Under the pieces are notes generated by a model. The model was not told where the DNA came from, did no database searches, and saw only the letters and a program-made list of their open reading frames with translations. A program made the translations under genes and the position numbers. From a virus, in the IMG/VR virus record IMGVR_UViG_3300037258_000145, positions 23,684 through 87,683 of that record: a DNA stretch of 64,000 nt; one strand, given 5' to 3'. Below are positions 18,397 to 27,862 of this stretch, in pieces (the first letter of the stretch is position 1; every line of letters starts with the position of its first letter).

Positions 18397-18755
18397 TACT
18401 GGCGAAGCTCTACCTTGGTGCCGTGCTCACCGCGGCGCACTACGCGTACGGGGGCGTTATAGCCCGCCCAGCCATCCACTGGTGGCACTGTCATGGTCAC
18501 CGGCTCGTCTGGCATTTCTAAGAGCCGTCGGCCCAATTCATGTGCCGTGAAGCAGTCAGGACCGAACGGTTTGAGTAATCCCGCTTCAGTCAGGGCCACA
18601 ACAGCGCATTGGGCCAATTGCCAAGTTGTGGAGGACTTCGGCCACGGGAAGTCGGACGGCAGTCCGTTCCTTAGAATGTTGTGAACGATGCCCTCTGCTT
18701 GGGTCTGAGCGTGGCCGATAGCGGCTTCGTTCCTGGGGTCCTTCTTTGCGGTCAT
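18396..18755 (-). CDS. Hypothetical protein
   Basis: 119-aa ORF, GAGGGAG SD, coupled to the next gene. Confidence 0.5.
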   Translation of the reverse strand: MTAKKDPRNEAAIGHAQTQAEGIVHNILRNGLPSDFPWPKSSTTWQLAQCAVVALTEAGLLKPFGPDCFTAHELGRRLLEMPDEPVTMTVPPVDGWAGYNAPVRVVRRGEHGTKVELRQ

Positions 18756-19469
18756 GGGGGTACTCCCTCTCGCTGGGTTTTGGGGACATAATATCTGGTG
18801 GGTGCTCCCCTCATGCTTAGCGTGGGGCTACTTTCGGCTAGGCGCGGGTGGCCGAGGCCAACACCGGAATTTAGGACCCCACGCATCGTAGCCATTACCT
18901 GCGTGGTCGCTGACGTGGGAGGGGTTGAGGACGCAGACCGCCTTATCAGGTCCAGACGCATGACACTTGGGCTGCGAGCCCACCTGAAGATCCATGAACT
19001 GAGCCCAACTCAGATCATCCACTTCCAGCGCTTCGCGGACTCGTATATCAACTGCGTCGGGCATGGGGTTCGATTTCGTAGTGCCAGTCTTTCAGGACTC
19101 GGAATTGCGCTACCTGAGCTTAGCGCTATGCTCAGTCTCGGCACTCGACGGTCTACAGAACTGAGCACCTGATTCGCGATAGAAACGGCTCCCGGGTGGA
19201 GCTAGGTGTTGGGCTCGAGAGTGCTGCCGCTGGGCGGGCCTGGTCGACGTGACGATGTTGACGTAGGGCCCGCTTGGCGGTCTGTCTCTTTCTTCGTCCG
19301 TTGTCTGGCTTCGAAGCGTCGTATTGCCACGCGTTGATCGACATGGTTGGTCAGATCAAGCAGGAGATTCATGCCATCGATCCCGCCTGACGACCAGTCG
19401 ATCTGCACCCATTCGCCGCGGCTACGGCTGAAGAACGGACCTGTCAGGTCTCTGCTCATTTTCCCTCCC

Positions 19470-19883
19470 TCATCTCAATCGACGTTGGCGCTTGCTATCC
19501 AGCCGGACCGTAGACCTCAACTGGTCCAGCGTGGCCAGGTACTCCTCCCAGTGTGCCTGGACGAGCAAGCCGACCGCTCGCAACTCCAGACGAGCCAGCT
19601 CGGCTCGGCCGTCCGTGCTCCAGCCGTTCGGCAACCGGCCGATGGCACTGAGCGGGTCGCGGTCCCATGTGGCGTGACGCTGGACCGTCTGTAGGCAGGT
19701 GACGCAAAACTCGTAATGTGAGCGCGCCTGGCCGATCTCCTGCGCCCTTTTGGTGGCTTGCTCCCGAGACAGGACTCGGGTGAACTCAATGGCGTCATGA
19801 CCGCACTCGGTGCGCGGTGTGCCCGTTTCCCAAGGCAGACGGTCCCGGGCAATGTGCGCCAACGCCGCCGCGACCTCAGTCAT
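19470..19883 (-). CDS. Hypothetical Cys/His protein
   Basis: TECGH...FCVTC; GGAGGAG SD with ATGA overlap. Confidence 0.55.
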   Translation of the reverse strand: MTEVAAALAHIARDRLPWETGTPRTECGHDAIEFTRVLSREQATKRAQEIGQARSHYEFCVTCLQTVQRHATWDRDPLSAIGRLPNGWSTDGRAELARLELRAVGLLVQAHWEEYLATLDQLRSTVRLDSKRQRRLR

Positions 19884-20178
19884 TCTCCTCCGTCAAGCAA
19901 GACAGGCAATCGCACCAAGGGACAGCCGCAGGGCCAAGGACCTTCCTCGGGAGCATCGGCGATGCACTCGGCCAGATCGGCTTCTGTCGGAAGTTCACCT
20001 TGCATGGCGCGTGCCACGACGAAAGCGAGCTGCAAGGTCACAATGACCAACTCGTCGTGGTCCAACAGTTGCAGTCGGGCCTTCAGGGTGTCGTAGTTTT
20101 CTTGCCCGTGTTCTTGGCAATAGTCGTCCAGCAACAAGCTCACGGCTTGCACCGTCGCCGGCTCCAGGGCTAGTTCGC

Positions 20179-20880
20179 TCATCGGGTCTTGGCTCCAGAC
20201 GGGCACACGGCGTGGGCGAAGGCCAGACCAGCCCGCACGATGCTGGACTCCTTGTCGAAGGGTCGTTTGCAACGAGAGCACTTCCCGCTGGCGTGGAGTT
20301 CGATCAAGATGCCCTCAGTAGCTGTAGCCGTCATCAGATATTGCTCAGGCGTGATGCGGGCCCTCGCCGTGTTGAACTCTTCCGTCCTAGACCGGGCGAC
20401 GTTCGTTTTGGGAGGCTCGGCCAACTTGGACTCGGCATCGATCAGGCCGCTGGCGGTAGGGCGCGGCGATTCGGAGGCGTAACGCTCAAACTCTGGTTCA
20501 GGTACGAACGCAATCTTCTGGGCCTCAGAGGACTCTCGTTTAGTTATGCCCAGGTCGGAGAGGGTCGGCGAAACCGGTTCCCCCGGTAACCGGTTTTTCG
20601 GAGGACGCCCGCCCTTCGGCAAATCGGTCTTCACCAGCAACTCACCAAGCCGTCGCTTGGTGCGCAGGACCACTTCGGCCGCTTGCCGTTGAACATCCTT
20701 GGCGGCGTTCATGGTGCGAGTCAGATACTCCACCGCCTCGGCTTGCTTGAGGAATTGGGCGACCTCGATAGGGTCCTCCAATGTCGCTAGCGCGGTGCTC
20801 GCCCGCTCAAAGAAGTCGAACGCTTGTTGGACTTCGCCATAGCGCTCAGGAAGGTTGTCGCTAGTACGCTGCTCTGTCAT
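20179..20880 (-). CDS. Hypothetical phage protein with C-terminal Zn motif
   Basis: RTKRRLGELL...TLSDLGITKRESSEAQKIA segment; CSRC...HAVC; GGAGG SD. Confidence 0.6.
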   Translation of the reverse strand: MTEQRTSDNLPERYGEVQQAFDFFERASTALATLEDPIEVAQFLKQAEAVEYLTRTMNAAKDVQRQAAEVVLRTKRRLGELLVKTDLPKGGRPPKNRLPGEPVSPTLSDLGITKRESSEAQKIAFVPEPEFERYASESPRPTASGLIDAESKLAEPPKTNVARSRTEEFNTARARITPEQYLMTATATEGILIELHASGKCSRCKRPFDKESSIVRAGLAFAHAVCPSGAKTR

Positions 20881-21291
20881 CGGGACCTCCAGTGTCTCGA
20901 TCAGTGGCCCGGCTGCTCATCACAGTGCGGGCCACACCTATGTCACCGACCATCTTAGCCTGTCATCGAACACCGATTCGCCCCGCCAACCACCGAATCT
21001 AGGGCGCTAACCGCCCTTTCACGATGTCACTACGGCAGGATTAGGACCGCCACCAGTGCACCGGTCGAACTCCGACGAGGGTGTTTGTGGCGTAGTCGAT
21101 GTCCTCGTAACGGTAGACCTCGCCGTCAATGACGATGCGACCTCGCCTTGGCAGACTGCCCGCTTGGGCTATCGGAAGCCTGACGTCGTCCCAGCACCGG
21201 ATGGCGCGACGGCGGATAGCTATCGGAAAGGCCAAGATCGCTATCCCAAGGATCGCGGTGACAACGTAGGCCATGATCCAGGCGACACTCA

Positions 21292-21570
21292 TCAGTAAGT
21301 GACCCGCCAAACGATGTTGATCGTGTTACCGTTGCCGCCGAAGTTGACCGTCACGCTTTCGTACACCGGAGCTGCATCTGTAGGTTGGCGGAAGCCTAGA
21401 ACTGGATCGACTGGGGCGCGGTTCAGGTCGTCTTCGGTGATGCCGTGACGCTCCATCACTTGGGCGGCTTTGGCTCTACAGGCCTCAGCTTCGGCGGGGA
21501 AGGTGGTGCGGTCGGCTTTACGGAGCAGTAGCTCAACCAGTCTGACTCTCTTCGGGTCAGGCATCGACAT
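21292..21570 (-). CDS. DUF2786-like protein
   Basis: LLRKADRTTFPAEAEACRAKAAQVMERHGI. Confidence 0.65.
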   Translation of the reverse strand: MSMPDPKRVRLVELLLRKADRTTFPAEAEACRAKAAQVMERHGITEDDLNRAPVDPVLGFRQPTDAAPVYESVTVNFGGNGNTINIVWRVTY

Positions 21571-22088
21571 GCGTCTCTCCACTCGGTCCCGATTTGAAAA
21601 GTTCCTGGTGAGCTACGCACAACGACACCAGCACGAACCATGTGTCAATAGACAATACGAGGGTGTCAGTTGCAATATTCTGGCACTGGAGTAGGCCGAT
21701 TTCTTCCCTTATTGCCGCCATGCAATGGGCATCTCCAGCGGCGACAGCATTGATCAGGGTCGAACGCGAGGGCTTGGAGTCAGGAGCAGTCATCGACAGC
21801 GACCTGCTTGATGTCCCGGAGTGCGGCTAGAACCTTGACCAGTCGGACGCGCTGACATCGCAGGGCGTGATGGTAGTGAGCTGGTGACGCTACTCCTAGG
21901 TGCCAGTGCCGGCCCATGCGACAACGGTAGGGGATCAGGTGGTAGACGTCGAAGCCCTTGGCCGTCAGTCGTTGCGCTGCGAGGCAGGCTTCCCATGCCG
22001 TCGGGTAGGGCTTCTTTGGCTTGGTGCGACCATCTCTCAAGGTGACGTGACCGAGACCGCGCGTCACGACAGCACCCAGGCTACGGGT

Positions 22089-22439
22089 TCAGGCATTGAA
22101 CGTGCTGTCCAGGAGGGCTTGGCCGATGATCGAGGGAAGGCGTCCACCGTCGGGGACACAGCCCCAGGGGCAGGGCATGTCCTCGACTACTCCCCACAAG
22201 CGGCACAGTGTCGGTCTCACGTCGTAGACGCTACAGCGACCGTCCTTTAGGGCTGGGCAGGTGTAGTCGCCGTCCATGAGATAGCTGGCAACCGCCTCGG
22301 CGACAGGAGGGAGGTGTATTCCCTTCATGCTGAGCAGGGCGCGCTCTTGGCTACTGGCTTCGATCGGGCCGCAGGACTCGGCGCACAGGCCCTTGCAGTG
22401 CATGGCTGGGATCTTCCCCCAAGCTACGGGGTCAGGCAT
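22089..22439 (-). CDS. YkgJ-family cysteine-cluster protein
   Basis: CKGLCAESCG...CPALKDGRCSVYDVRPTLCRLWG. Confidence 0.8.
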   Translation of the reverse strand: MPDPVAWGKIPAMHCKGLCAESCGPIEASSQERALLSMKGIHLPPVAEAVASYLMDGDYTCPALKDGRCSVYDVRPTLCRLWGVVEDMPCPWGCVPDGGRLPSIIGQALLDSTFNA

Positions 22440-24684
22440 GTCGGCGCCGTTTGCGTCGAGGCAGGAGTGCGATGCGTTGGGCCATCTTCACCTCGGACTC
22501 CGCCTGTTTGGCTTTCCACAACTCGGACGCCGACAGGGCGCGCTCGTACTGGCTGCGGAGGTAGCGCTCGCGTACCTCGTCGGGAGTCAGGGACCGACTG
22601 GAGTGTACGCCGCAGTAGCGACAGGGCTTGCCGGAGTCTGGGGCGCCGCAGTTCGGGCACCTCACTACGATGTCAGTGCTCACACCTGTCTCCTAGCTAG
22701 TCCTCGGGCTCCGTAAGTGCCCCAGCGGGTCCACTCGTCCATGGTGATGAGGATGGCGCCTTCGGACTGGGCTAGGCGCTCTAGGGCCTCCAGGTGGTCC
22801 GGAGATAGGCCGTCGTGGACGATCGTGGTCTTGAGTCGCGAGCCGTGGCCGACGCGGCGAGCCGACTTCTCTCTGATGGCGCTACGACGACGTACCTCGT
22901 CTGCGCTCATGTCGGCGAAGCTGCCGGCGCGTCTCCAGTCGCGGTAGGGCTTGGTCACGGCTTGTCGAAGCATTCTTGGGAGCAGAACCACTGACTGTCT
23001 CGCCACAAACCGCGCAGGCCGGTCTTGCCCGGTGCGAGCTTGAGGAAAGACGCCCCACAGCATTGGCAGGTGCGCTCGATCGACGTCGACGGCTTCGGGC
23101 TTCCCCAACAGGACTGTTGACGTACTGGCCAGTCGGGAACGTTCAACGGCTTAGCCCCGAGGCTCCCAATGAGGGCCTCCAGGCGGTCGGTGTAGGTCGG
23201 CGCTGGTTCGTGGCCGAGAGAGTCCTCTCCGGGCGTCCCAGGAGGCGCTACGCCGTCCGAGGGCACGTTCGACGCGAGGTTGGCGTGAGGCATGGTTTCG
23301 TCGGTCACGGCCATTGGACCTCCGGCGGCCGTTTGGCTCGCAGGGCAAGGATGACCTGCGCCGCTATCGCCGTGTCCATTCCGTACACCGTAGACAGGAC
23401 GCCGAGCAACATGGCGTCTTGGTCAGCGGCCTCGGCTACCGAGAGGAAGCGCATGGCCATCACTCGAAGCTCGGCCGGGTCGAGTTGGCCGGTCATGAAT
23501 GAACCGTCCTCAGCTATGGCTCGGATCGTGACGAAACCTCGGAACGTCGGCGCCTCGATCGGTCCACCCTGCGCGGTACCGCTGGTCACTTCGACGTTGA
23601 CTAAGCCTGCCCAGGTCTTGGTCACGTCTTGTCCACGAAGATGTGAAGGGTGACGTTGCCGAGGTTGTCGCTGGCGCGGATGGCTCCGATGTAGGTCATG
23701 TCCTCTACGTCGTCGCAGGGGGTGTGGTCCGGGACCAGGGCGAAGGTGTACTTGCGGATGGGGAGGGTGTGGTCGAAGATGCCCCAGGCTATGAAGCCCA
23801 TACCTGAGACGCTTTTGTCCACGCTCAGCCATCTGGCACCTTCGGGGGCTTGGACCTCTTGGGTCCTCATCATGGACAGGGGGACAGAGTGAATGAGCTT
23901 GCGGGGCTGCTCCACTGGGCACGGTACTCGCATTGCCTGGAGACGGTCCAGCGGTGTGCCCGCCCACGCGTCGCTGCCCATCTTGCCTAGACGGTCCTCG
24001 GCGCTCACGACTGGTCCTCTGCTGGCGGCAGCAAGCCCAGGAGCCGGCTGCGAAGTTCGATGATGGGCAGTAGGCGGTCCACGGTCGGCAGTGGGTTCTC
24101 GTCCAACTGACGCACAAGTAACTTCTCTATGGCGTCGAGGAGGATGAGCGTGGCTTGTAACTGGCTCTCGGCACTCATGACTTCGCCTCGGGCAGCGGGG
24201 CCCGGTAGCGCTTCTCTACGTTGAACCAGTAGCCGGGACGCACCTTTTCGCGTCCACCTTCTAGGGCTTTGGCGTAGGTGGAATAGGGACCGAACAGGGC
24301 GGGGCTGTCGCCGATGCTGACCCAGAACTCTACCTCTAGGCCTTCGGGGACGTCGAAGCGACGGGGTTTGGGTTTGGGGTTGCGCGGGGTTTCAGCCATC
24401 ACGGCATTTCCAGAAGTCGGTCCAGATAGTTGAACGCTTGGTCTACCAAGGCGGGGGTCAGAGATACCTCATGGTCCTCATCATCCACCAGGAGCAGTAC
24501 GTGACCGCCATCGCATTTCAGTTCCCAACTGATTTCGTAGGGCGTGGGTTCTGCGAAGTCATCGGTGCAGGTGAAGCCGTAATATCGCACTAGCTCGCCA
24601 CAGGGTTCTATCCGGTGCTCACGGTGGTAAGCGAAGTCGTCATTGGACCACGCCCTTACCACGGGCAGAAGACACGTCGGTTGA

Positions 24685-25011
24685 TCAGCCATGGTCCGGC
24701 TCCAAATACGCGCGGTCACCGCGCGCTTTCAGTTCGTCGGCCACTAGATCGGCCAAGTGGTCGAGGGCGTCGGGTGGGATCATGGCGGTTGAGAACTCAA
24801 TATCGCCGACGATGACGAAGATTGGGGGCGGGTCAACACCTCGATAGAGGAAATTAGCCTCGATGGCATCCTGTAACTGGTGGCCTGCCTCCCAGCTCAG
24901 GCTTGGGCTCTTGACGACCAGCATCTCGCCCGGTTTCAACTCCAGCTTGGCTATCTCGACGCGGACCGCCTCAGCGATCACAGGGACTTGGACCAAGGGG
25001 ACTTCAGCCAT
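24685..25011 (-). CDS. Hypothetical protein flanked by 16-bp direct repeats
   Basis: 108-aa ORF; TCAGCCATGGTCCGGC at both ends. Confidence 0.55.
   Translation of the reverse strand: MAEVPLVQVPVIAEAVRVEIAKLELKPGEMLVVKSPSLSWEAGHQLQDAIEANFLYRGVDPPPIFVIVGDIEFSTAMIPPDALDHLADLVADELKARGDRAYLEPDHG
24704..24732. repeat. Dispersed palindrome copy 3
   Basis: AAATA-CGCGCGGTCACCGCGCG-CTTTCAG. Confidence 0.9.
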
Positions 25012-25261
25012 GGTCCGGCACCTTCACTACGAGCAGGGCCGCTTTCAAGGCCTGCCAGTCAGCGTAATCCGGCACTCCGTGACCCTCGCCCTGGACGCAG
25101 GCCTCAATGGCGTGGACAAGGTCAAGGACCGATTCAATATCTCTTTTCAGGACCGTCATTCCAGCGCCAGGATTTAGATAGCCCTGGGTAAGACGGTCCA
25201 ACGCACTCGTTGGTTGTGTGGTGGTCATAGAAAGGAAGCTTAGCGCATCTAAGCTAGGGCC

Positions 25262-25546
25262 ATGGACCGCAGTTTGAACATCCTCGCCAAGTCGATCCAC
25301 CGCGTCGCCAACAAGCGGGCACCGATGGTCCCAGCTACCCCGTTGTTTGGGACAGTGGTCAGCGTTCAGACGGGTTCAGGACCAACAACGATCTCGCTGG
25401 AGATAGGCAAGACGGGGTCGATCATCGTTGGCGTCGGGATTCTCGGCAACGGATCCGGATGGACGCCCTCACCTGGCGAGCAGGTCTATTACAACTCCAT
25501 CAGGAACGTACCGCTGGCACTGGGGCCGGCCGGCAATCCGGCTTAG
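25262..25546 (+). CDS. Small OB-fold-like minor tail/baseplate-type protein, leaderless
   Basis: GTVVSVQTG...WTPSPGEQVY...LALG pattern; TAAGCT at 25250-25255. Confidence 0.5.
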   Translation: MDRSLNILAKSIHRVANKRAPMVPATPLFGTVVSVQTGSGPTTISLEIGKTGSIIVGVGILGNGSGWTPSPGEQVYYNSIRNVPLALGPAGNPA

Positions 25547-25998
25547 AGGTACTTCCCCCAGCGCTCCTTATCCTCAGCGCCGCGTCGTGAACCAAAGAGC
25601 GTGTCGTCTTGGCGCGGTCTGCTCTCGCATCCCCATGGCCGAGTAGGTACGTCGGACTCCTTCACGAAGCCAGCTGCCTTGAGGCTGACCCCAGGTTCGG
25701 AGACCAGCTTGTACGTGATCACATGCCGATAGCCAAGCGCCTTTGCGGCCCGAGTTAGGGCACCGTAAAGCATGGAGTTGGCCATAGGAGTGCCCAGCGT
25801 GCAAGTACGTGTGATCTCGACCGTCCGACCGTCCTGCGCCCCGCGGCCGACTGGTCTGCCCGCCACTCCTACTCCGACCAATTCATCGCCCTCGCTCAGC
25901 CCCACGCCAAAGAGCCAGCCGATCGGAGGTTCACTGTGGCGATGGTGCTCGGCAATGAAGATGCGCGCCTGACGAAGCGTGATCGGGATCAGGACCAC
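25543..25998 (-). CDS. XF1762-family (Mom/GNAT-like) protein
   Basis: PITLRQARIFIAEHHRH...GRPVGR...VEITRTCT...AAKALGYRHVITY...GVSLKAAGF. Confidence 0.75.
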   Translation of the reverse strand: MVLIPITLRQARIFIAEHHRHSEPPIGWLFGVGLSEGDELVGVGVAGRPVGRGAQDGRTVEITRTCTLGTPMANSMLYGALTRAAKALGYRHVITYKLVSEPGVSLKAAGFVKESDVPTRPWGCESRPRQDDTLFGSRRGAEDKERWGKYL

Positions 25999-26004
25999 TG
26001 TCCG

Positions 26005-26598
26005 TCAGGACGCGCATACGGCGTAGGCCGTGATAGTGGCGCTCTGACCGGGCTCCAGGACGCCGAAGAACGTCACGCTCCATCCCGTAGACGGGCTACC
26101 CGTCGGCACTGAACCGGTCATGGGAAGAGGCTCAGCAGGTGGCCGGGCGTAGGTCATGGTCCCGCCTCCGCCTAAGGCGTAGTCACCGGACGGGCAGAAC
26201 GTCGACTCGATCCATGTCCCGTTGGTCCCCTCAGGGACCGGCAAGGTGTTGGAGACCACGAAAGAACTCGCTATGGACGCTGGAGCTATCACTGTGACCG
26301 GGCCGGGTGTCCCCGGTAGTCCTTCAGGTCCTTCAGGCCCTGACGCACCCTGAGGGCCTTGTGGACCGGTCAGGCCAGGTTGTCCGGCTGGGCCTTGGGC
26401 GTTGACGGGCTCGGACTTGGTACCTGTTGGGCACTTGCCCTCTTTGGCGCTGTAGACCAGACCAGCCTTGACACAGACGTGGTAGACGGGCGCGGGCGTC
26501 GATCCGAAGGCCAGGACACTGCCACCTACGACCAGCCCGAAGATGAGGACGACAACCAAGAAGGGAGCGATGATGCCGGGACTGCTGCGAGTGCTCAT
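26005..26598 (-). CDS. Secreted/membrane collagen-like protein
   Basis: N-terminal hydrophobic signal, about 10 Gly-X-Y triplets, C-terminal CPSG..ALGGG...AYAVC. Confidence 0.75.
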   Translation of the reverse strand: MSTRSSPGIIAPFLVVVLIFGLVVGGSVLAFGSTPAPVYHVCVKAGLVYSAKEGKCPTGTKSEPVNAQGPAGQPGLTGPQGPQGASGPEGPEGLPGTPGPVTVIAPASIASSFVVSNTLPVPEGTNGTWIESTFCPSGDYALGGGGTMTYARPPAEPLPMTGSVPTGSPSTGWSVTFFGVLEPGQSATITAYAVCAS

Positions 26599-26754
26599 AG
26601 CCTGAGAGTACGTCCTGCAAGGTCCCTTAGTGGATATTCGAACAGACGTGCGATGTGGCGTAGGGGCCGGTTGTCATCTCAGCAAGGGCATCTCGTTCTC
26701 AACTCTTAGATGCCACGGTATCGGTCTCGCGAGCCCCGACCCCTGTTGCAAAGC

Positions 26755-27231
26755 CTACATCGGCCGCAGCACGTGGCCTACCGGAGGCTGGTGGACGTGA
26801 GGTCGGAGCGGGGCTAGCTCGGCTGCTATGGCGTCGTCCAAGCGCGCCCAGTGCCCTGGTCCTGAACCCATGTCCCGCTGCACGGCCTCGGCCATCAGGT
26901 AGGGCAAGGTCTCCATCAGTTCGGCCCGGAAGCGCACACAGCCGAGCGAACCTGATACCAGCCGGTCGATCGGGCCCTTGGCGTCATGCGCATAATATTC
27001 GAATATGCACCACAGTTCGGGGCAGTATTCAAACTCTTTGAACACGTCAGCATGCGGGATTACATCGTGCTCGATGATCGTAAAATCCTGGCATTCGCTC
27101 CACAGACGGCACAGAAGTTGTCCGTAGGCGAACCGGTTGCCCCCGACGTCTACGGCTTCATAGTTGGAGTGGAACAGGGCGCTAATGGTTTCAGGGGTGA
27201 TGTAGGGCGTGAAGGGAACGACGATGCGCAC
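26755..27231 (-). CDS. Glycosyltransferase (GT-A fold)-like protein
   Basis: MRIVVPFT...FTIIEHDVIP (DxD-like)...SLGCVRF; AT-richer than its surroundings. Confidence 0.55.
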   Translation of the reverse strand: MRIVVPFTPYITPETISALFHSNYEAVDVGGNRFAYGQLLCRLWSECQDFTIIEHDVIPHADVFKEFEYCPELWCIFEYYAHDAKGPIDRLVSGSLGCVRFRAELMETLPYLMAEAVQRDMGSGPGHWARLDDAIAAELAPLRPHVHQPPVGHVLRPM

Positions 27232-27242
27232 GCTAAGCGAGG

Positions 27243-27794
27243 TTAGCTGTTATCCTTCGTGCCCGGCAGCTCCTCACGGGCGTCTTCATGCGGTACTACA
27301 TGATTCCAACTCCGACCTTTCATGATGTGCACGATAGTGCTCGGCACCACGGCGAACAGAACAGCGATGTCCTTGACCATCACCCCGCTGGCCCGTAACC
27401 GCCGTACCTCCTCGACCTGTTCAGGCGTCAGTTTGGACCGACCTGGATTGGGACGGCCCTTGGCCATCCGGTCATGCACGTTGTCGGCGGCCGTGCCCAA
27501 GAACAGATGCGAGGGACGGACACAGAGCGTGTTGTCACAGTGGTGACAGACCTGGAGTCCTGTTGGAACCGGACCGTAAGCCCACTCCCACGACAGTCGA
27601 TGCGCCGAGAGTTTGTTGTCCGTAGACAACCCCGTAGACGACAACATGCCGTACGCAGGTCTGGGACGGGATCTCGTTTTGCGATGAGCCCCAGTCCATA
27701 CCCAGCACGGTCCGAGATGCAGCATGTGAGCGGGAATCGGGCCGTCCTTGTTGACCTTGACCCAAAAACGCTCGGCGAGAGTAGCCTTTGACAC
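27243..27794 (-). CDS. Free-standing HNH homing endonuclease
   Basis: ERFWVKV...CWVWTG...AHRLSW...VCHHCDNTLCVRPSHLFLGTAADNVHDRMAKGR plus C-terminal HTH; AGGAGG SD before GTG 27794. Confidence 0.9.
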   Translation of the reverse strand: MSKATLAERFWVKVNKDGPIPAHMLHLGPCWVWTGAHRKTRSRPRPAYGMLSSTGLSTDNKLSAHRLSWEWAYGPVPTGLQVCHHCDNTLCVRPSHLFLGTAADNVHDRMAKGRPNPGRSKLTPEQVEEVRRLRASGVMVKDIAVLFAVVPSTIVHIMKGRSWNHVVPHEDAREELPGTKDNS

Positions 27795-27862
27795 CGTCAG
27801 TCCTCCTATCCAGGATTGTCCACGCCCGGGGCCGTACCAGCGGTGCCCGGGCAACCTCTATC

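Noticed and set aside
20904-20935. Hairpin GTGGCCCG...CGGGCCAC in a 5' UTR
   Set aside because: A single stem-loop with no further evidence of function.
26662-26744. tRNA gene
   Set aside because: Multi-stem, but lacks the T-loop consensus, a 7-nt anticodon loop and canonical arm lengths.
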